From NCBI GenBank assembly GCA_963745405.1, contig CAVUWY010000003.1:132839-196838 (forward strand): DNA of 64,000 nucleotides. The letters are read 5' to 3'. Every line of letters begins with the position of its first letter. The first letter of the stretch is position 1. Source of the stretch: an uncultured Chloroflexia bacterium (GTDB lineage: Bacteria > Chloroflexota > Limnocylindria > Limnocylindrales > CSP1-4). Positions 57,416-64,000 of the stretch are shown piece by piece. A program made the translations under genes and the position numbers. The notes beneath the pieces were generated by a model. The model made no database searches, was not told the origin of the DNA, and worked only from the letters and a program-made list of their open reading frames with translations.

Positions 57416-57814
57416 CTAACCGCTCCGAGGACCCGGCTCCGCGTCTTGACCGCCATCTCCGCTGAACCTGCGGAGCCATTGGTCAGACCGGATTCCTCCA
57501 AGGGCGGGCTGGCCGCCCTTCGTTACGAAGACAACCGGGTTCGCGTTTCGGCCGGCCCGTCGGCGCCGCGCTCCGGCCCCACCCTGCCCGACAGGTCGCG
57601 GCACGTCGCTGAAGACCAAAGCCGCAGCCGTGCCAGACGCGACCAGGACGAGGCACAGCATCGGATCGTCAGCACTGAGGACACGCACCAGGAGCAGCAG
57701 AAGGGCAGCGACGGGGACGCGGACCCATCCGAAGATCGCGGACGCCTTCAGCGTCCGGGGACGCGGAAAGTGATGCCGCTCAACGTACTCCCGGGAGACC
57801 ATCGGGCTCGACAC
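57416..57814 (-). CDS. Small two-TM membrane protein, paralog B (only the N-terminal ~75 aa are supported)
   Basis: See paralog A. A conserved ~33-nt motif lies upstream of both genes. Confidence 0.35.
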   Translation of the reverse strand: MSSPMVSREYVERHHFPRPRTLKASAIFGWVRVPVAALLLLLVRVLSADDPMLCLVLVASGTAAALVFSDVPRPVGQGGAGARRRRAGRNANPVVFVTKGGQPALGGIRSDQWLRRFSGDGGQDAEPGPRSG

Positions 57815-58058
57815 TCGGACACACTCTCTTCTGGTGAGGCCCCAGCCGCGCCGCGTTTGTGGGGCGCGACCGGGGCCCCGGGAGGGATCCCGACGCGTCG
57901 ATCGACGAGGATCCGACGTCAGCCACCGCTCCCCGTCGGGATCAAGCGGCGCTGCCGGAGGGACTGTACGAACGGGCCGGCTCGCGTCTCAATCGGAGTC
58001 AGCTCGACGCGCCTTGCAACGTCATCGCGGCTTCACGGCGAGTTCGACTTCGACGGAG

Positions 58059-58292
58059 CTACTCCGTCGACTGGTCGCGCGGCTTGTTCCTGGTGGCCTC
58101 GTCGAACGCGATCGGGACGCGTCGGTGAGCGGCTCTCGCGCCGGCGATCTCTGCCTGATAGGCGTTCCGGAGGCGGGCGCGCTCGGCGACGAGTTCCCAG
58201 GATTCCGGAGAGTCGGCCGGGACTTCTGTCAAGGCACGTTCGACGGCGCGCCATTGATCGAGGATGACGGCGGCCCGGCGGACATATGGCAC
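58059..58292 (-). CDS. Small helical protein carrying the WRxxER...SPE...LRxxY motif
   Basis: The GTG start is preceded by GAGGAG. 'ILDQWRAVERALTEVPADSPESWELVAERARLRNAYQAE' aligns gaplessly with the C-terminus of 29585..30019. Confidence 0.45.
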   Translation of the reverse strand: MPYVRRAAVILDQWRAVERALTEVPADSPESWELVAERARLRNAYQAEIAGARAAHRRVPIAFDEATRNKPRDQSTE

Positions 58293-58340
58293 CGAGGGGC
58301 TCCTCGGCTGCGCGAGCTCTGCGCGTCCAGCGGCGGCCGA

Positions 58341-58658
58341 TCAGGTTCCAACGAGGCGCTGACCGACTCGGGCCAGGGCCCGCGCGACGGAGTCGAACTC
58401 CTCAGGCGGAATCGCCAGGACCTGAGGGACGTGTTCGGATGACTCCGGGACGATCACGAGCGTCGCCGGCCGATCACGCTCGATATCGAACTGGATCCTG
58501 CGAAGGTTTTCGAAGGGCGTGTCGAGTATCAGCCGGTGGTCATCCGCGATGGCGACACGTCTATCGGTCAGCGCGAGCTCTGCGTCGACCGCGCGAGCCT
58601 CGATCTCGACGGTCTCGTCGGCACGGAGGATCTGTGCGAGATGCGGATTCCGCTCCAT
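58341..58658 (-). CDS. Small hypothetical protein (bacterial PH-domain-like)
   Basis: A strong GAGGAGGAA Shine-Dalgarno sequence precedes the ATG. 'ILRADETVEIEARAVDAELALTDRRVAIADDHRLILDTPFENLRRIQF' has a bPH-like beta pattern. The family call is tentative. Confidence 0.45.
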   Translation of the reverse strand: MERNPHLAQILRADETVEIEARAVDAELALTDRRVAIADDHRLILDTPFENLRRIQFDIERDRPATLVIVPESSEHVPQVLAIPPEEFDSVARALARVGQRLVGT

Positions 58659-58740
58659 GGTTTCCTCCTCGAAAGCGCAGGTCGGACACCGCGGAAGTCG
58701 CGACCGAGCCGTCAGCGTAAGGCCGCGCTGATCCCCTGCG

Positions 58741-59277
58741 CTACGGTCGCCCACGAGGCCCGACGGAGGCTCGGGCGATAAGCCGCTCGGCGACCTTGCG
58801 ACCGCGGACGCGCCGGATGCGGAAGGACTTGCCCTCGGACCGGTTGTAGGTGATGAAGAACGTCTCGATCTGCCTGATGAGGGCCGGATCGAAGTCCTTG
58901 AGGCTCTTGAGGTCGCCGCGTTCAGTCGAACCGTCGGCGATCGCGACGATGCGATCGTTGCGGTACGGCTTGCCGCCATCGTCCGCCTGTTCCGCCTCGA
59001 TCACCCCGAGGAGGCGGACCCGGACGACGCAGCCCGGATAGGCGGGGCCGTCCATGAGGACGAGAACGTCGAGTGGATCGCCGTCGGCGGCCTTCGTCCG
59101 GGGAAAGAAGCCGAAGTCGAAGGGAAAGCTCAGGCCCGCCGGAAGCGTGCAGGAGACCGTGAAGGCCTGCCGGGCCGTGTCAAGCTTGAGCTTGTGTCGC
59201 GACCCCTGGGGCGTCTCGATGACCGCGATGGGCGTGCCGTCCTCGTCCGTTTCCCTGAGGCGCTCGAGTGCGGTCAT
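58741..59277 (-). CDS. ppa: Inorganic pyrophosphatase (family I); the ORF extends to 59370
   Basis: 'IAVIETPQGSRHKLKLD', 'FPFDFGFFPRTKAADGDPLDVLVL' and 'YRNDRIVA' are present. Confidence 0.75.
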   Translation of the reverse strand: MTALERLRETDEDGTPIAVIETPQGSRHKLKLDTARQAFTVSCTLPAGLSFPFDFGFFPRTKAADGDPLDVLVLMDGPAYPGCVVRVRLLGVIEAEQADDGGKPYRNDRIVAIADGSTERGDLKSLKDFDPALIRQIETFFITYNRSEGKSFRIRRVRGRKVAERLIARASVGPRGRP

Positions 59278-59589
59278 CGCGGCGCCCGCTCGAGGAGCCG
59301 CGTCGGTGGCCGTGACCTGACGGAACGACTCATGCGGTGGCTCGTGATGGCTGCGGAGGTCATGCGACACGAGTAACTCTCTCGTGCGGGCCTTAGTGCG
59401 GAGAATGGCGACAACGTCCCCGCCTCCTGAGGATCTGTCTGCGGCCGTTCATGTTGCGATCCCCTCAGCTTCTGATACCGCATTCGGCCCATGGGCCGAG
59501 CGAGCGGGTACGCCGCATCCGTGCCCTCGGCAACAGGGTCAGCACCTCGAACGCCGAACTACGCGAGACGACGAGGCGCGAATGATGGG

Positions 59590-59817
59590 TCACCTGCTTG
59601 CCTCGAACTGCTCAACCGAATCGCTGTCGAGCTCCAGATCGACCACACCATCACCGGCGCTCGCCACATATTCGGCCGGCACGCGGTAGCGATGCCGGAT
59701 GAGATGGCCGCTGCGGACTACCACCTCGCCGTGATCGACGTTCTCCACGGTGCCGACCTCGTCGGAGCGGGCGAAAACCTTCCAGCCCACCCGAATCGCA
59801 TCAAGCGTCATCGTCAT
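59590..59817 (-). CDS. Small PRC-barrel/DUF2171-like protein
   Basis: An AAAGGAGGA Shine-Dalgarno sequence precedes the ATG. The sequence reads 'VGWKVFARSDEVGTVENVDHGEVVVRSGHLIRHRYRVPAEYV'. Confidence 0.55.
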   Translation of the reverse strand: MTMTLDAIRVGWKVFARSDEVGTVENVDHGEVVVRSGHLIRHRYRVPAEYVASAGDGVVDLELDSDSVEQFEASR

Positions 59818-60074
59818 CTCGGGTCCTCCTTTCGCAACCCCTTTGTCATACGCCGAATTGCCTCGAAGGCGGGGCGAAGGGACTGATCCTGACGTTACAG
59901 GGCGCTCGCATTCCGTCAGTGCACGCACGGACAGATAGACGACTGCGGGGATCGTCAGGATTCCCGCCATGGGCTCGAGTCCGAGCGCGACCAGCACGAC
60001 CGTCGCGTCACACGGCCCAGCGTGCCGGGATCCTTGAGCGACCGCGGGTCGATCTCGGCCACTTGCCCGGCCTC

Positions 60075-61082
60075 GTGGTTCGCGAACATTCGGCGTCCCG
60101 GCGGCAAGCCTCAGCTTCGATCGCCTGTGTCTACGGGCCAGATGCCGCGAGCGACAGCCTGGTTAGTCACGCAGCCCTCGCCGAGGAGGCGGGCTTCGGC
60201 TTCGCGATGATCTCCGATCACTTCCACCCGTGGTCTGAAAGGGAGGGCGCCAGCCCCTTCGTCTGGACTGTCCTCGGGGCGATCGCCGAGTCGACGACCT
60301 CGATGAGGATCGGTACCGGAGTCACCTGCCCGACGATCAGGATTCACCCCGCCATCATCGCCAAGGCGAGCGCGACGACGGCCGCCCTCCTGCGCGGGCG
60401 CTTCTTCCTGAGTGTGGGGACCGGCGAGAACCTCAACGAGCACATCGTCGGCCCTGGCTGGCCCGAGTGGCCGGTCCGGGCCGAGATGCTCGAGGAGGCC
60501 GTCGGCGTGATCCGCGACCTCTGCATGGGCCGTACCGTGAGCCATCACGGATCCCACTACCAGGTCGAGGGTGCCCGGCTCTACACGCTGCCGGATGACC
60601 CTATCCCGCTGTACGTCGCCGCCGGCGGCCGACGGACGGCGGAACTCGCCGGCCGGCTCGGGGATGGACTCGTATGCACATCGCCGACGGCGGCCATCGC
60701 CACCGCGTTTCAGCGAGCCGGCGGCGACGGCCCGCGCTTCGCCCAGGTGACCGTGTGCTGGGCAGAGAGGGTGGCAGCGGCACGAAAGACGGCCCGCGAG
60801 TGGTGGCCGCAGGTCGTCCTCCACGGGGCGGCGAGCCAGGAGCTACCGCTGCCGGCCAACTTCGAGGCCCTCACGAAGGACGTGTCGGAGCAGCAGGTCG
60901 CGGACGAGATCCCGTGCGGTCCCGATCCGCAGCTCATCATCGATGCGATCGAACGCTACGTCGCGGCCGGCTTCGATCATGTCTACCTCCACCAGGTGGG
61001 ACCCGACCAGGCAGGCCTTCTCGAGTTCGCAGGTCGCGAGCTCGTCCGACGTTTCGCCCGAGTACCTGTGAGCGTCGCCTGA
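60075..61082 (+). CDS. LLM-class F420-dependent oxidoreductase (G6PDH-family-like); the start is uncertain
   Basis: 'AEEAGFGFAMISDHFHPW', 'RIGTGVTCPTIRIHPAIIAKASATTAALL' and 'SVGTGENLNEH' are present. No canonical start lies near the expected N-terminus, and the ORF opens at 59919. Confidence 0.8.
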   Translation: MVREHSASRRQASASIACVYGPDAASDSLVSHAALAEEAGFGFAMISDHFHPWSEREGASPFVWTVLGAIAESTTSMRIGTGVTCPTIRIHPAIIAKASATTAALLRGRFFLSVGTGENLNEHIVGPGWPEWPVRAEMLEEAVGVIRDLCMGRTVSHHGSHYQVEGARLYTLPDDPIPLYVAAGGRRTAELAGRLGDGLVCTSPTAAIATAFQRAGGDGPRFAQVTVCWAERVAAARKTAREWWPQVVLHGAASQELPLPANFEALTKDVSEQQVADEIPCGPDPQLIIDAIERYVAAGFDHVYLHQVGPDQAGLLEFAGRELVRRFARVPVSVA

Positions 61083-61188
61083 TCCGGGAGCCGTCGGATC
61101 CGGGTCAGCGAGCGGTAGCGAACGGCGGGTCCCCGGCCGAAAGAACCGCTCGAAGGATCCCAGCCGGCGGTCCGGCGCCGCCGCCGCC

Positions 61189-62376
61189 TTAGGCCACAGG
61201 CCGCAGGCTGCGGCCGAGGAGGAACCACGTTGCCCCGAGGGTGGCGACCGCGATCGCGGTCAACGCGAGCAGTCCGACCGGGTCGACCGGCGCGCCAGTG
61301 AGCATGAGCGACTGGAGCAGCGGGATCCCGTGCGTGACCGGGAGGACGGCAGCCAGGGCTCTCACGAGCGGTGTGAAGTCCTGGAGTTCGAACACGAAGC
61401 CCCCAAAGAACACTGATGCGAGGAGGACGAGCATCGACAGCTGGACGGCCTGGCGCTCCGAGTCCGCGACCGCCGAGATGAAAAGCCCGACGCCGAGCGA
61501 CGCGCCGATCAGTAGGGCGATCGTGAGCGTAATCGATCCGAGGTCGCCCAGGATCGGCACGCCGAGCGCCAGCACGAGCAGCGCGAGGACCGCCGCAGCG
61601 ACGAAGCCACCGAGCGCGGCGAACGCGACGGCCTTGCCGAGGATGATTTCGATCGGACTCACTGGTGCCAAGCGGAGGATGCCGAGGATCCCGGTATGGC
61701 GCTCCCGGACGAGCGACAGCGCCGTCAGGGTGATCGCCATGTGCTGGAGGATCAGCGCGAGGGCGGCCGGGCCGAAGAACGGTACGAGCGCGGGAACGCT
61801 GGCCGCGAGGTTGGACGTTCGGACGGTGGTCGGGCTCGCGATGACGGACGGCGGGATCGATGTCCGGAGGCCGGCCTGGGCGGCCTCCGATGCGCCCTGC
61901 TCGACTGCCCGGGCGACGATCGCCTGGTTGATCGCCGTATCGACCTGCTGGGCCATGACGAGAGCGTAGTTGGCCTTGATCGGATCGACGAGGTCGTAGT
62001 CGACCTCCACGACGGGTTGCCGACCAGCTTCGAGGTCCTGCTGCATCCCCGGCGGGATGATGACCGCGAGGTCGATCCGCCCATCGCGGACCCGCTGGCG
62101 GGCCACCGCGGCGTCGGTGCCGACCGAATTGAGTTCCCCGCCCGGCGGGATCGCCGTCGAGTACGTCGTCGGGTCCGTCGAGAGGCCACTGTCGGCGGGG
62201 ATGATGAGGACCGCCCGGATCGGCGAGCGCACGTCGCTGTAGCCGAGGCCGAACACGGCCATCAGGAGGAACGGCCCGAGGACGAGGCTGAAGAGCACAC
62301 CTGGTCGCCGGACGACCTCGACGAATTCCTTTCCGACGAGGGACAGGATCCGGCTCAGGACCTGGAACGCGATCAT
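61189..62376 (-). CDS. ABC-2 type transporter permease
   Basis: An N-terminal TM, a large extracytoplasmic loop, and 5 C-terminal TMs (the ABC2_membrane_3 layout). It overlaps the ATPase gene by 4 nt. Confidence 0.85.
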   Translation of the reverse strand: MIAFQVLSRILSLVGKEFVEVVRRPGVLFSLVLGPFLLMAVFGLGYSDVRSPIRAVLIIPADSGLSTDPTTYSTAIPPGGELNSVGTDAAVARQRVRDGRIDLAVIIPPGMQQDLEAGRQPVVEVDYDLVDPIKANYALVMAQQVDTAINQAIVARAVEQGASEAAQAGLRTSIPPSVIASPTTVRTSNLAASVPALVPFFGPAALALILQHMAITLTALSLVRERHTGILGILRLAPVSPIEIILGKAVAFAALGGFVAAAVLALLVLALGVPILGDLGSITLTIALLIGASLGVGLFISAVADSERQAVQLSMLVLLASVFFGGFVFELQDFTPLVRALAAVLPVTHGIPLLQSLMLTGAPVDPVGLLALTAIAVATLGATWFLLGRSLRPVA

Positions 62377-63458
62377 CCGATGGACGCGCCCGGATCGCCA
62401 GCCTGCATCGACGGCCCTCTGGCCTGCGATTGTTCGGCGTCCAGGCTGGGTCGGTGAGCGGCGACGAGGCTGGCGAAGACCTCGTCGAAAGATGGTCGGA
62501 CCTCCCGGCTCGAGCGGACGGTCGAGCCGTTCGACTCGACAGCCGCGATGAGCGAGGGCATCGCGGAGCCGGCATCGTCGACGGTCACCCGCGTCGTCCG
62601 GTCGGACAGGCGCTCGACGCCTCGTACCGATCCGAGGGCGGCCAGCACCTGGTTGTCGATGGGTCGGTCGGCCTCGACCTCGACCCGATCGCCGCCGACC
62701 GCCCGGCGCCGCAGGTCATCGGGCCGTCCGAGCTCGACGAGCCGGCCCTCGGATACGAGGGCGACGGCGTCGCATTCCTCGGCCTCGCCCACGTACTGCG
62801 TCGTCACGATCATCGTCCGCCCGGCCTCATCGCGGAGCCGCCGGAGCTCGGACCAGATCGATCCGCGGAGGAGCGGATCCACGCCGGCGGTGGGTTCATC
62901 GAGGAACAGAACGACCGGCTCGTGGACGAGGGCGCAGGCAAGCTCGAGCCGTCGCTGCATGCCACCGGACAGGGCGGCCGCCCGCCGTCGGCGCGCGTCC
63001 CACAGATCGACGAGGCGGAGCACCTCGCGGACCCGGCGGCGACGGCGGAGGAACAGCAGGCCGAACAGGCTCGCCACGAGGTCGACGTTCTCGGCGGCCG
63101 TGAGCTCTGGGTAGAGGCTGAAGAGTTGCGGCATGTAGCCGATCCGCTCCCGAGCACGCCGCCCCAGCCGACGCGTGTCCTCGCCGAGGACACAGGCGCT
63201 GCCGGATGTGGGCAGCAGGCCGCCGGTGAGGACCCGCATCACGGTGCTCTTGCCGGCACCACTCGGTCCTATCAGGCCGAGGATGGTCCCGGAAGGTACA
63301 GCGAGCGAGAGGTCCTCGACCGCGACGACCTCGTCGAACGTGCGCCCGAGACGGTCGATGACGATCGGAGACTGATCCGGGGAGGTCACCAGCGAAGTGT
63401 CGGATGCTGCCGCTTGCAGCCGTTCCGTCTTGGACACGGCGACGCGCTGCGGGCGCAT
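62373..63458 (-). CDS. ABC transporter ATP-binding protein
   Basis: Walker A is 'GPSGAGKST', the signature is 'LSGGMQRR', and Walker B is 'VLFLDEPT'. Confidence 0.9.
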   Translation of the reverse strand: MRPQRVAVSKTERLQAAASDTSLVTSPDQSPIVIDRLGRTFDEVVAVEDLSLAVPSGTILGLIGPSGAGKSTVMRVLTGGLLPTSGSACVLGEDTRRLGRRARERIGYMPQLFSLYPELTAAENVDLVASLFGLLFLRRRRRVREVLRLVDLWDARRRRAAALSGGMQRRLELACALVHEPVVLFLDEPTAGVDPLLRGSIWSELRRLRDEAGRTMIVTTQYVGEAEECDAVALVSEGRLVELGRPDDLRRRAVGGDRVEVEADRPIDNQVLAALGSVRGVERLSDRTTRVTVDDAGSAMPSLIAAVESNGSTVRSSREVRPSFDEVFASLVAAHRPSLDAEQSQARGPSMQAGDPGASIG

Positions 63459-63608
63459 TTCGAGATCAAGCCGGCAAGGATTGGCGTCGTGAACACGAGG
63501 TCGAGCCGATGGCTGCCTCGTTACGAAATGGCATGGGCACCCAACTTGGTCGGGTGCGGGTCCGGGAGATGACTGGGCGCATCCTCCCTCGCGCCGTCAC
63601 GTCCTTCC

Positions 63609-63918
63609 GCGGCGCACGCCGGGGACGGCATCCGACACGTAGCGGAGCCCGGCGGAGCGCGCCGCGCGTGTCGCCGAGGCCGCGACCGAGTCTCTTGAGG
63701 CAGGCGTCAGCGCCGTTCTCCGGCTTCGACGCGCAGGACGCGGATCGCGGCCGTCGGCGAGGTTGCAGATGGCACGGCCCCATCCGGTGGGAGGAGCGTC
63801 GCGATGTCCGGCAGGTCGGCCGGGACGACGAGGACGGCGGCGCCGTGTTCGAGGGCGTACGCCCCGAGCGCCGCGGCGCCCTGTCGGCGCGGCAACCAGC
63901 CCGCGGCCGGAACGCCGT
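63609..63918. repeat. Inverted repeat, right copy (310 bp)
   Basis: It is the reverse complement of 45751..46060 with one mismatch (63669). It carries the last 70 codons of the 45441..45962-type ORF plus the first ~100 nt of the topoisomerase IB region. Confidence 0.95.
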
Positions 63919-64000
63919 ACCGGCTCTCGCAGGGACTCCTGCCCTCAGGTCCCGTTCGGCACGAGAATATAGCCCACCAGATCCCCGCGGAGTCCCGGCC
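63707..64000 (-). CDS. Partial ORF whose 3' 212 nt are the repeat copy of 45441..45962; open to the window edge
   Basis: The minus-strand frame has no stop from 64000 down to 63707. Outside the repeat the codon usage looks poorer, so this may be an orphan fragment rather than a functional gene. Confidence 0.3.
   Translation of the reverse strand, partial: GRDSAGIWWAIFSCRTGPEGRSPCESRYGVPAAGWLPRRQGAAALGAYALEHGAAVLVVPADLPDIATLLPPDGAVPSATSPTAAIRVLRVEAGERR

Noticed and set aside
57500-57520. The hairpin AAGGGCGG-gctgg-CCGCCCTT, considered as an intrinsic terminator.
   Set aside because: No U-tract follows it on either strand, and it lies inside the doubtful tail of paralog B. The evidence is insufficient.

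Overview
By eye this is a very GC-rich, actinobacterium-like chromosomal window. I found no CRISPR array, integrase, transposase or recognisable defence system.

The left ~26 kb is conserved housekeeping synteny, in this order:
- uvrB 3' end
- a GH4/CE4/BadF-type amino-sugar cluster
- uvrA, a short UvrD-like helicase, uvrC
- secD-secF, recJ, a TolB-like protein, pyrF, tatA-tatC
- rapZ-yvcK-whiA-tpiA-gpmA-secG
- an orphan family-5 ABC substrate-binding protein
- tRNA-Leu/Leu/Val

The right ~38 kb is more accessory. It holds an orphan OmpR-type response regulator, small unknown ORFs, CorA, a PhoD-like phosphatase and a ~1.1 kb stretch of gene fragments. It also holds a tightly coupled membrane-protein/PAP2/PAP2/DAG-kinase operon, a GT4 glycosyltransferase paired with a six-hairpin-like protein, bacterial topoisomerase IB, an aquaporin and an orphan histidine kinase. 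LemA plus an M48 peptidase, a tRNA-Phe/Gly/Gln/Cys cluster, more small ORFs and pseudogene debris, inorganic pyrophosphatase, an F420/LLM oxidoreductase and an ABC-2 exporter complete it.

The strongest structural signal is a 310-bp inverted repeat (45751-46060 and 63609-63918). Manual alignment gives one mismatch. It brackets ~17.5 kb and duplicates the junction between a hypothetical gene and the topoisomerase IB 5' end.

Other observations:
- two diverged tandem modules, each a conserved upstream motif plus a two-TM ORF
- decayed paralog fragments
- Ala/Ser/Pro-rich inserts in exported proteins
- leaderless-type promoter geometry at several housekeeping genes
- several short tandem repeats

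All calls come from reading the translations and the DNA. No searches were run.
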